Shown: positions 40,229 to 50,200 of the stretch, in pieces
How positions within the stretch are numbered: position 1 is the first letter of the stretch
Layout: each line of letters starts with the position of its first letter
The notes under the pieces: model-generated
Told to the model about the DNA's origin: nothing
Seen by the model: only the letters and a program-made list of their open reading frames with translations
Database searches by the model: none
NCBI GenBank assembly: GCA_965223845.1
Contig: CBDCXR010000004.1
Location: 6,624,001-6,688,000 of the forward strand
Source: Planctomycetota bacterium
Lineage (GTDB): Bacteria; Planctomycetota; UBA8108; SXIK01
DNA length: 64,000 nucleotides
Direction of reading: 5' to 3'
Program-made: the position numbers and the translations under genes

Positions 40229-40877
40229 GGGGCGATTCGGATTCGAACGGCACGCGGGAGAGTAAACCGCCCACCGACAGAACGATGGTGAGATAAAAGG
40301 GCAGCCACAAGTAGATCCAGACGTTCGCCGATCGCTCGGCTCCCTCGATGGCTGAGATCTTCTCGAAGAGCTCCTTGATCGTCTCGCTTTCGAAGAAACG
40401 TGGGATGACAACGCTCGCGAGCCAGAGCGCGACGATCGCAACGAAGTGATGGACGAGGGTGGACTCGAGGCGAGAGACGCGCGCGCCCAGAAGTCGCTCG
40501 ATCCCGGCGTCGAGGACGCCCGGCCGACCAGAGGACGAGGTCCTCGCGCGCCCACCGATCCGGCGGAGGACCACCTTCACTGTCAGAAGAACGCCGAGCA
40601 TCCAGACGAAGATGGAGACGAAGCCCGTCCACCAGTGGGCGGGAAGGACGTTCCAAAAGACGAGAATGCCCTTCGTGTACCAGCCGGGCGCGGTCGAGTA
40701 ATCCCCGGACGTGATCGCGAAAATCGCGGCGAGATTCATCGCCGCGACGAGCGTCGCCCAGCAGACGTTGGGCGCGGGGACGCCGGCGATTCGGCGAAGC
40801 CACTGAAAGATCGCCGCTTCGACGGCCGCGTGGCCGAGCAGCGCGACCGTCACGCTCACGAACAGAATGGCATCCAC
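40182..40877 (-). CDS. Hypothetical multi-pass membrane protein
   Basis: About five hydrophobic helices; GTG start after a purine-rich RBS; 3' end overlaps the convergent POT gene. Confidence 0.6.
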   Translation of the reverse strand: MDAILFVSVTVALLGHAAVEAAIFQWLRRIAGVPAPNVCWATLVAAMNLAAIFAITSGDYSTAPGWYTKGILVFWNVLPAHWWTGFVSIFVWMLGVLLTVKVVLRRIGGRARTSSSGRPGVLDAGIERLLGARVSRLESTLVHHFVAIVALWLASVVIPRFFESETIKELFEKISAIEGAERSANVWIYLWLPFYLTIVLSVGGLLSRVPFESESPPTECIPGSDRTPTES

Positions 40878-41074
40878 GGTTTCCTCGCCCTCTCGCGCGA
40901 TTCTGCGCGGCGAGCGCTCCTCGCGAGTGAATCCTGATTTCGGGTCGATGTTCTACCATCTGTAGCCGCGGCCCACCAATCGCCGGATCACTCGTTGCGC
41001 CGGTGGGCAGAGCCGCGTCAAGATGGCCTCTACGGATGCGGAAGTCGACGGCACGAGACGAAAGGACGGGAACC

Positions 41075-41851
41075 ATGACGAAGATCGTCGCTCTAGTGAA
41101 TCGCGCGTCGATGTTGACCGCCGCGCTTCTCGTCTCGACCTCCGTGGTTACGGCCCAAAACCGTTCCTTCATTCGCGGCGACGCTAACGCCGACGGCGCA
41201 TTCAACATCGCGGACCCGGTCGCGACGCTGAACTACCTCTTCGACGACGGCGCAGAATTACCGTGTCTCGACGCCGCCGATGCGAGCGACGTCGGGTCGG
41301 TGACCATCAGCTCGGCGATCTACTCGCTCAATTTTCTCTTCGGGGACGGCGACACCATCCCGGCGCCCGGAAGCGAAGAGTGCGGCCTCGATCCCACCGA
41401 AGACAAGTTGTCCTGTGAGTCGTATTCGCGCTGTGACGAAGAGTGCGACTGCCTCGAGGACTTCTACTGCGCAACCGCGCCTGGTGATTGCGACGGGCAC
41501 GGCGAATGCGTCGAACGTCCGCGTGCTTGCACGCGCGAGTTCGACCCCGTCTGCGGCTGCGACGGCGTCACCTACTCGAATCCCTGCAATGCCGCCGCAG
41601 CTGGGGTGAGCGTCGCTTACGAGGGTGAGTGTGACCGAGAGCGCGGCTGCGAATCGAACGACGACTGCGCCCTTCGCCAGTACTGCGCAAAGGAAACCTG
41701 CGACGACGAGTTCGGCGAATGCGCCACGCGAGCTGAAGTGTGCCCACTCGTATTCGATCCGGTGTGCGGCTGCGACGGCAAAACCTACGGCAACGAGTGC
41801 GAAGCCGCGGCGGCCGGGGTCAACATCGTGTCGCGCGGCGAGTGTCCGTAG
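41075..41851 (+). CDS. Secreted dockerin-like domain + two Kazal-type serine protease inhibitor domains
   Basis: Signal peptide, FIRGDANADG..., then CTREFDPVCGCDGVTYSNPC and CPLVFDPVCGCDGKTYGNEC. Confidence 0.9.
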   Translation: MTKIVALVNRASMLTAALLVSTSVVTAQNRSFIRGDANADGAFNIADPVATLNYLFDDGAELPCLDAADASDVGSVTISSAIYSLNFLFGDGDTIPAPGSEECGLDPTEDKLSCESYSRCDEECDCLEDFYCATAPGDCDGHGECVERPRACTREFDPVCGCDGVTYSNPCNAAAAGVSVAYEGECDRERGCESNDDCALRQYCAKETCDDEFGECATRAEVCPLVFDPVCGCDGKTYGNECEAAAAGVNIVSRGECP

Positions 41852-41933
41852 GGAGCACCGGCGCGCTATTCCAGACCCTCAAGCCGCGCCGATCCACTTC
41901 CTCATTCTCATTCCTATTCCTACTCTCTTGCCC

Positions 41934-41980
41934 GTCTTCCTTCCTCTTCCTTCGCGATCCTTCGCGCTCTTCGTGTGAAA
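41934..41980 (+). repeat. Interspersed pyrimidine-rich repeat, copy 4
   Basis: CTTCCTTCGCGATCCTTCGCGCTCTTCGTGTGAA, preceded by short ATTCTC/ATTCCT repeats. Confidence 0.75.
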
Positions 41981-41986
41981 CTCTTC

Positions 41987-43867
41987 TCAAGGACTCGCCG
42001 AGCGCACTAGCCGAAGAGCCGCCCGAACCACCATCGGCCCCGCCGCCGGCCCGAGCGACATCGACTCCTCGTACGCCCCCTCGCGGAAGTCGTACCCCGG
42101 AATCAAGTACCCGAGCTGATCGTTAGCGAGACCGACGATCATGCGCGGCGAGCCCTTCATGCGCTCGAGGATCTCGAACGAGAGCTCGGGAAGAAGCTCG
42201 CCCGGGATCGTCACCATCTCCGCGCTTCCGAGCCGCAGGTGAAAGAGCTCCGACACGATGCGACCGCGGTACGTCGGCCGGCGCTTCTCATGCATCTTCA
42301 TGAAGAGGCGCATACGCGGGTTCGTCACGGGGATTTCGATGCGTTGCCGACGAATCGCGAGGGTCCGCTCGATCGGTCGTGACGTCGCGAGGATTCGCTC
42401 CGCGATCCCTGCGAGTCGGCGGCCGCATCGTTCGGCTTCTTCGTGCGTCCGCGAGTCCGTGTCGCCCGACACCATCCCGCCGACCGCACCGTTCAGAAAG
42501 AGCGCCTGCGCGCCCGTCGTCCCGCGCAGCGCGTCGCAGAGGTAACCGGGGAAGTCTGCCGTCACCTCGAGCGGTCCGCCGTCCGGGCTGTCGATCCCTT
42601 CGACGTGACAAGCGAATTGAACGATCGTCGCGATCGGGCGATCGTTCTCGCCGATCGCCTGCAGGGCGACGACGTTGGGGTCGACGATGCCGGGATTGCG
42701 CGCGTTTCGAAAGAGCCCTGCGACGCGTGCCCCCGCGAGCGACAGCTCCTCGGACCCGGCGCGAAGCTCTTTGACCGGTCTTGCGTTCGCGAGCGCCTCG
42801 AGGACCGCCGACTCGATTCCGCGCTGAATCTTCTCAACGTACTTCTCGGGATAGAATCCGTAGATACCGATCGGATCGCCCGCCGTGTGGTTGTGCGACA
42901 TCGAGATGACGAGATGCGAAACCCCGCGTTTGCGGAGTCGTTCTTCCACGGGATCGATCTCGCTTTTCAGCATCCCGAAGATATCCGCGCCGACCACGGC
43001 GACCGCGAGTTCTCCGTAAACGAACACGGCAGCTCGCGCGCGCAGCGGATCGCGGATGACGTACTTGGTGGGGCCGAGCGCATTCTCGCCTTCGGGGGAA
43101 ATGTCCGCTTCGGCCGCGCCGCAGCGAAGGCGAGGGATCGGGTCGCCGGTGGCTGGTGAACCCCGACCGCCCGCGGCCCCGTCGCGGCGAAGACTGAGCG
43201 ACGCGCGCTCCCCCGCGTGAACGCGCGGGTGACCGTGCGGGAAGTGCGCGGCGCCGATCGTGCGCCCCCGCTCGTCGATCGTGAATCGAACGCCGAGGGC
43301 GGAGTAATCGAGGAGGGCTTGGCGCTCGAACTCGAGGCGGAACTCCGGCGCGCCGAGCTTCGTGCGGATCTTCGTCTCGGTCTCACACCCCGTCGGGATC
43401 GAGAACGCCTCGATCGTTCCGATCTTTCCCGCTTGCCGGCCTTTCTGAAGATGGAACGAGTCGAACGCGCCCTCGACCGTCGAGGGATAGAGCATCTTCC
43501 AGGCGTACCACTTCGCGGCGCGATCGGGCTTGCCGCGTTTCGCGACGAGATCGTCTACGGTCGAGAGCCCGGGGAGGAGGCCGTGGTGGAGGACGGGAGG
43601 AGGAGACTCGCCCGCAGGGTCACCTTTGACGGCTTGAGCGCGCGCGGACGAACCGACCGCGAACGCAATAACGCTCGCGAGGACGAGGGTGACGGGCGGT
43701 GCGGCGGTTTCTCGCGCCGAGCAAACGTTGCAGCACACGGGGCAGACTCCATCTATGGGTTCGGGTTGTCGTGCCGCCGACCGGGGCGGCCGCCGAGGCT
43801 GGCTCTCGAGACGTTCGAGTGTGAGCTTCACATTACGGATCTTCGCTGCGGCTTCGTTGTCGAGCAA
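41987..43867 (-). CDS. Neutral/alkaline ceramidase-superfamily metallo-amidohydrolase with extra N-terminal domain
   Basis: DPLRARA, SHNHTAGD, FACH, FLNGAVGG, TIPGEL and GLANDQLGY motifs; the true start is probably downstream, near the signal-peptide-like LVLASVIAFAVGSSARA. Confidence 0.75.
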   Translation of the reverse strand: MLDNEAAAKIRNVKLTLERLESQPRRPPRSAARQPEPIDGVCPVCCNVCSARETAAPPVTLVLASVIAFAVGSSARAQAVKGDPAGESPPPVLHHGLLPGLSTVDDLVAKRGKPDRAAKWYAWKMLYPSTVEGAFDSFHLQKGRQAGKIGTIEAFSIPTGCETETKIRTKLGAPEFRLEFERQALLDYSALGVRFTIDERGRTIGAAHFPHGHPRVHAGERASLSLRRDGAAGGRGSPATGDPIPRLRCGAAEADISPEGENALGPTKYVIRDPLRARAAVFVYGELAVAVVGADIFGMLKSEIDPVEERLRKRGVSHLVISMSHNHTAGDPIGIYGFYPEKYVEKIQRGIESAVLEALANARPVKELRAGSEELSLAGARVAGLFRNARNPGIVDPNVVALQAIGENDRPIATIVQFACHVEGIDSPDGGPLEVTADFPGYLCDALRGTTGAQALFLNGAVGGMVSGDTDSRTHEEAERCGRRLAGIAERILATSRPIERTLAIRRQRIEIPVTNPRMRLFMKMHEKRRPTYRGRIVSELFHLRLGSAEMVTIPGELLPELSFEILERMKGSPRMIVGLANDQLGYLIPGYDFREGAYEESMSLGPAAGPMVVRAALRLVRSASP

Positions 43868-44256
43868 GATTCCCGTTGACTCGCTCTTCGTAGCGGCGCG
43901 ATCATGGCCGAGTCGGGGTGGAGATCGATTGATCGGGTCAACCTACTGGTAGCGGTAGAGAGAGGCGTCAATTCGGCCGGAGGGCGGTAGAGATCTGCCC
44001 TCGCGAGTCTGGCGCCAGGGCAGTGTTCTTCCGGAGACGCGTTTCCCAGCGAATCCGGAACGGTCCCAGACCGGTTGGCAACGCTGAAGATAGGTAGCGT
44101 GTCAACAGAGTCATCGCGTCGTTCTCAGGCGCGATCGAGATAGACGCGTCCAACACCGTGATTCTTCGATTCGCGGGGCATTCGGACTCGGCGCGAAGGC
44201 GGCCTCCGAGTCCGACGTCACTGTCGCCCAAATCGCGAGTACTGGAGGGTTTCGGC

Positions 44257-47200
44257 ATGTTTCGCGCGGTCTTGCTCATTTCCTCGTCGATTGTTCTCTA
44301 TGCCGAGACGTCTCTCAGCTTTCCGCTCGACCCCCAGAATAAAGTCGCGGGTATTTCGTGGGCGGTCGAACGCGGTTTTGGCGCGCTGCCGCTTCGTTTC
44401 GAGCCGAATTTCGGGCAAGTCGCTGCGGAGGCTCGGTATCTGGCCCGCGGGGCGGGGTACGCGATCTGCATCGAGCCGATCGGCGCGACGATGGTCTTTC
44501 GCCAGAACGCGGGCGATGCCGATTCCGCGCGCGGTTCGGTCGTTCGGCTTCGATTCGTCGCTGCGAATCCGCGAGCCTCGTTTTCGAGCGTGGGTCGTCT
44601 CCCAGGGGTCAGCCATTACATCACGGGTCGAGATCGATCGCGCTGGATGGCCCGGGTCCCGCACTTCTCCCGCGTCGAGGCCGCCGAGGTGTATTCCGGA
44701 ATCGATGTCGCGTACTACGGCTCCGATCGGAGGCTCGAGTACGACTTCGTTCTCTCTCCCGGTGCGGATCCGGACTCGATCTGTCTTCGTTTCGACGGCG
44801 TGACGAACATCGCGATCGATAGCGACGGAAACCTCATCCTCGACACCGCGAACGTTCCGATTCGTCAGCGAGCTCCGCTAGCGTATCAGCGCGCCTCGGA
44901 CGGGTCGCACCAGCCGGTAAGAGTTGCGTACACTCTCGACTCCGAGCAACGTGTAAAGTTCGATCTCGGACCGTACGACCCCGACCGTGAGCTCGTGATC
45001 GATCCGATCGTCGACTACGCGACGCTCCTTGGAGGAGACGCGCAGGACCTCGCGAACGATGTCGCGGTGGACGGGTCTGGCGCGATGTACTTGACCGGAC
45101 ACACGAGTTCGACCGACTTCCCAACGAAGGCCGGCGGGTTCGACGTGACGAAGGACGCGAGCGACGCGTTTGTCACCAAGATCTCGCCGGACGGTCGAAA
45201 CGTCATCTACTCGACGTACCTCGGAGGTCCGGAGAGCGAGGGCGGGACCGGTCACGCGATCGTCGTCGATGATCTCGGACGGGCCCACATCGGCGGATCC
45301 ACTCTCGCGAGCTACTACGTGACACCGAACGCGGTCCAGGAGGTCGGGGAACGACCCGCGTTCGCGATGCGCCTGAGTGCTGACGGATCGGATGTCGAGT
45401 ACGGGACGCTGTTCACCGGGGCCGTCGGCGCGACGATACGCGATATCGCCGTGAGCGACGGGTTGATGTACGTCGTCGGTGACACGGACTCGACCGACCT
45501 TCCGATCCGCGGCGGCTTCCAAACGAACGCCTTCGGCGGCAGCGAAGCCTTCGTCGCCGTCTTCGACCCTGACGCACCGGCCGTGATCGGCGGCGTCGCC
45601 GAATCGCTCGTCTATTCGACCTACCTGGGCGGATCCGGCGACGATTTCGGGCGCGGGATCGCGATGTTCGGACCGGGGAACGTGGTCGTCACGGGTGCGA
45701 CCCGATCGACATCGGTTCTCGCGCGAATGTTCCCGACTCGGAACGCGATTCAGAACGATCCGGGTGCTTCCGCGATGACGACGGCGTTCGTCACGGGGAT
45801 CGCGACGCGAGTGGCCGGACCGGGATCATTGACCTTCTCGACCTTCCTCGGCGGATCGGCGGCCGAAAATGACGGGGAAGACGACGGCGGAATCGCGACC
45901 GACGCCGCCGGCACTATCTGGGTCGTCGGGTCGACGCGTTCGCTCGACTTTCCGGTTTCCGAAGATGCGGACCAGGGAAAGAACCTCGGCGAGCGAGACG
46001 CGTTCGTCGCGCGCATTGGGGATGAGGGGACAGGACTCGAGTACGCGACGTACCTCGGCGGCCAGTCGGACGACTACGCGGTCGACGTCGAAGTCGACAC
46101 CGCAGGTGACGTGCACGTCGTCGGTGATTCCGCGTCCAGCTCCTTCCCCTTGCTTGACCCCGTCCAGTCGGCCGCAGGGAGTTTCGACGCGTTTCTCGCC
46201 CTCTACTCCGGAAACGGCTCCCGCATCCATTCGACTCTCTACGGGGGCGATGGACGCGAACGAGTCGGGGGCGTTGCTGTGCGCGCCCCGGGTGCGTCGG
46301 TTTTCGCGGGGTCTACGCGAGAGCACACCGTCTCACGGTTTCCGACGACCGAGGGCGCCATTCAGTCCACGTTTTGGGGCTCGTCGATGGCGTTTGTCGT
46401 CGCAATTGGAGGCGACTCTTCTTGTCCTGAAGACGCACGACTCGAAGGAGTGACTCCGAAACTCGTGTCGACTGCGGGTGGGGATCTCAGTTTCCTGGGC
46501 GAAGGATTCACGGACGAAGTCGACGCGTACGTCGGAGATCAGCTACTCGAGTCGCCCGAGCGATCGGACGAACGGATTGCCGGATTTCTTCCGGCGCTTC
46601 CTGCAGGCGTGTACGACGCATCGCTCCGCTGCGGTGGGGAGATCTTGTCTGTCCTCGAGGACGCGGTCGTGGTCGCGCCGCCGCCGATTCTCGAGGGCGT
46701 CGAGCCGAACACTTTTCCACTCGACGGCGGAGTCGCTGTCGAGGTCATCGGCGGGAACTTCCGCGGTGAAACCGTAGTTCGACTCGGGGACGTCCCGCTC
46801 GCCAATCCTCTTGTGGCGGCTGACGGCCGCAGCATCCGTGGCGTCGCGCCTGCGCAGGCCGCACCGGGACAATACGACGTCGTCGCGACGGACTCTCGGG
46901 GCGTGTCGCGACTGGAGGGCGCGGTGACCTACTTCGCGTTCGATCCGTGTGACGGCGAAGACGTTCGGATCGACGGCGTTTCACCGGACGTGATCGAGCC
47001 ACTGGTCGAGACTGCGATCGACGTCCGCGGCGCCGGTTTCGTCGCGGAACACTCTCTTCGCCTCGAGAGCGGCCGCGTGGTTAGTGCATCAGTCGAATCT
47101 CCCGAGTTGATTCGAGCGAACATCGATGGCGTCGAGCCAGGTCTGTGGGACGTGGAGCTACTCTGTCCGACGGGTGCGGTCGTAGCGCGTCTGCGTGACG

Positions 47201-50200
47201 CACTGGAGGCTCGCCGTGGAGCTCCGTCGCTCACTCGAGTCGAGCCGCACGAAGTTCAGATCGAAGGGGGAGATAGCGTCGACGTCTTCGGCGAGAATCT
47301 GACGGAGGACACCGTCATCTTCTTCGCCCACCGACCTTTGCGAGACGCCAGACTCGTCGAAGGGCGCGAGGAGACGTTCATCCGCGGCATCGCGCCCGTG
47401 GGCGATGTCATCGGGCCCGTCGACGTGACTGCGCGCGACCCGGCCGGCGACTTCGTGCTCGAGGGCGGAGTTCGGTACGTGCGAGAGGGCAACCACATCC
47501 TCGGACCGGAGCAGGGCGAGGCGAGCCTCGCCGAGGGAACGGCGCGGTTCTCGTGGTACAACCCGGTCGCCTTCGAACGGATCGAAGTCTTGGACGAAGG
47601 CGGCAACCTCATCGACGAGCTCGACGGCGAAGCAACGGCCTACCGTTCGGACGCCGGGGATCGAGAGTCGATCACGTATTCCTTCGTTGGTTACTCCTCG
47701 GCCGATCAAGCGTCCGCGGAGCTTTCCCTCACGGCCGTTGCCCAGGACTGTGACACTCCTCCGCCATTGAGCGCCGTCGTTCAGGCACTCGATCAACGTC
47801 TCGGGGGTCTCGAGTACGCCGACGTCGAATTCAGTCTCTACGGCGCACATTCAGAGGCTGACTCCGATCGCTGCGCCGAGCCAGGCGGCGTGCTCAAGTT
47901 GGCGGCGGCAGATCTGCCACCGAGAACGGGCGCGCTCGAACCAGGCGTGGGCAACATTTCTCGGCCGAATCTTCCCGATGCGAAGCTGCCTCAAAGCGAA
48001 GCGGTGACGGGATTCTCGCTCGAAAATCCAGCGACGAAACTCGAGTTCGCGGTCCACTATCGAAAGCTCGCGGTCGCGGCGGGCGTGCGTCTGCGCGGCC
48101 ATCTCATCCAAACTTCTCCGGATTCAGGCTTTGAGGACGAGTTCTCATTTCCGCCGGTCAACATTTCGGCGACCAACGATTGGCACGTCGTCACCTACTT
48201 CCGCGCCGATTCGGACATCGGACGTGAACTCGAGGGACCCAACGATCCCGGTCCCCGGCCTTGCGGCGGCGGCGAGTGCGCCGGGGCGGAGATACCGGCC
48301 GGCGACTACGTTCTCAAGCTGTACGCGGTGAGCGGCGACCGCCAGATCCCCTACTACGCGCTCAGTAGTAATCCCGAGCCGGACGAGCTGCTCATTCCCG
48401 GGACACCCTGTCCGCCCTATCCGCTCGTACGAGTTCGCGATGTTTCCGGCGAGGCGACGCTGCCGCTCGTGTCGGGTCTCCACTGCGGGAAGCTCGAGGG
48501 AGTGCAGTGCTCCAACGACGATGTCCGCGTTCGAGTGACGGCTTTGGGTTTTTGGCTGGACGAGTGCAATCAAACTCACTCCCTCGAGCCGGTCGATCCT
48601 CGTTTCGAGTTTCAGTGGAAGATCTATACCGGATCAGTCCCGCGGGTGATTCCCTGGAGCCACCGAAACTGGTTTGAGGCTTGCCTCGCCTGCGGCTGTT
48701 ACGAGGTCGAGATTTCCGTTCGGCAAACGGGCTGTCCGACCGTTCTCAAGTACACTCGAGAGCTCGTGGTCACGCCGCCGAACTTGGCCTGTAATCCGTC
48801 GCGTCGCTTCGAGTTCCTGTACCCTCAACCTTCGCCGGCCGGCCTCGACGGCATCATCGGACTCAATCCGCCGGATGGACGACTCGGACTCGGCTCCGCG
48901 GATGAGCGCCCCTTGGAGTTTCAGATCCTCGTTTCGCCGAACACGACTTGCGGCGGTCCAGGCACGGGAAGCGTTGACAAGGACGATATCGAATTCGACA
49001 TCGGCATCCCTGGCACCAATACCTTCCGCATGGGAATTCCGTTCGAAGTCACGGACGGCTGCCCGAACACGATCGGCGGGAGCAAATACTTTCGAGTTAG
49101 GATCGCTGACCTCGGTGCCGTTCCGTATCACCCGGCGCTCGAAAGTTTCAACGGGACGCAGCTCTGGGTAATCGGCCACGCGAAGGGGACGAACGAGCCG
49201 TGGCAATCATTCTCTGGCACTCTGCGGCTCTATAATCCGCCGGCGTGCTTGGCGACGAACTCGTGGCGCGGTACCTGGGAAGAACCCGGATGCTATCGTT
49301 TCGAAACTCGCTCCAGCGAACAGCCGGAACAGCGCTTCTCGATGGGGCCGAGTCTGCCGATTGACATCGACCTTCCGGAGCTCGGTGACGGGGGGGCGGC
49401 GTCGATCAACGTCGAGGGCCATTCGTCAAACGCGGTCCAGGGCGGCTTCACCTCCCAGTTCACTCTCGAGGGCGGTGTGTGGTCCGAAGAGTCGGGCGTC
49501 GGCGGTATGCGCGGTGGCATGATGGGAAACGACATCACCGGCGCGCCGCTCGAGGTGGAGCCGAGCAGTGGCGCCGCCAAACGGCGGTGGAAGGGGGCCG
49601 ACGGAGACGACGACGATGACAACGACGATGACAAGAAACTGCCGTCGTGGGAATGGTGTGATGGCGGCAACCTCTTTAACTACGAGTTCAAGGAGGATCT
49701 CTACTCGGGCGTTATCTATCAGGGGACGATTTGGGTTATCCCGGTCAGCATCTGGGCAAATATCGGCTTCGGCTTTTTTCTCAATATTGATTACCAGCTC
49801 ACATTCAAGCTCCATCCGTTCGCGATCATCGACGGGTTCGATGCCGTCTGCGATGCGTTCGACGTCCCTCCGTGCAATCCGCTCGAGGGCTGCAATCCGT
49901 TCGAACCCGATTCCTGCAACATCAATTTCGAGAACTGCAAGATCTCGCTCGCCGACGCGTGGATGTACCTTCTTGTGCAGGCGGGAATCAATATTCCGGC
50001 GTCGATTCGCGCCGACATCCTCTTCGGAGTAGCCTCGGTCGCGATCACGGTGAAGCCGGAGGCGTCGTTTCACATCACGCCGTGGATCGAGGCGCACGCG
50101 CAGCTCCCCGATCCCGTGTTCGCCCCGCACATGGATCTCGGCGCGAGATTCAAACTCTTCGCCTCGTTGAAAGCCTGCATCTTCTGGGGGCTACAGTGCA

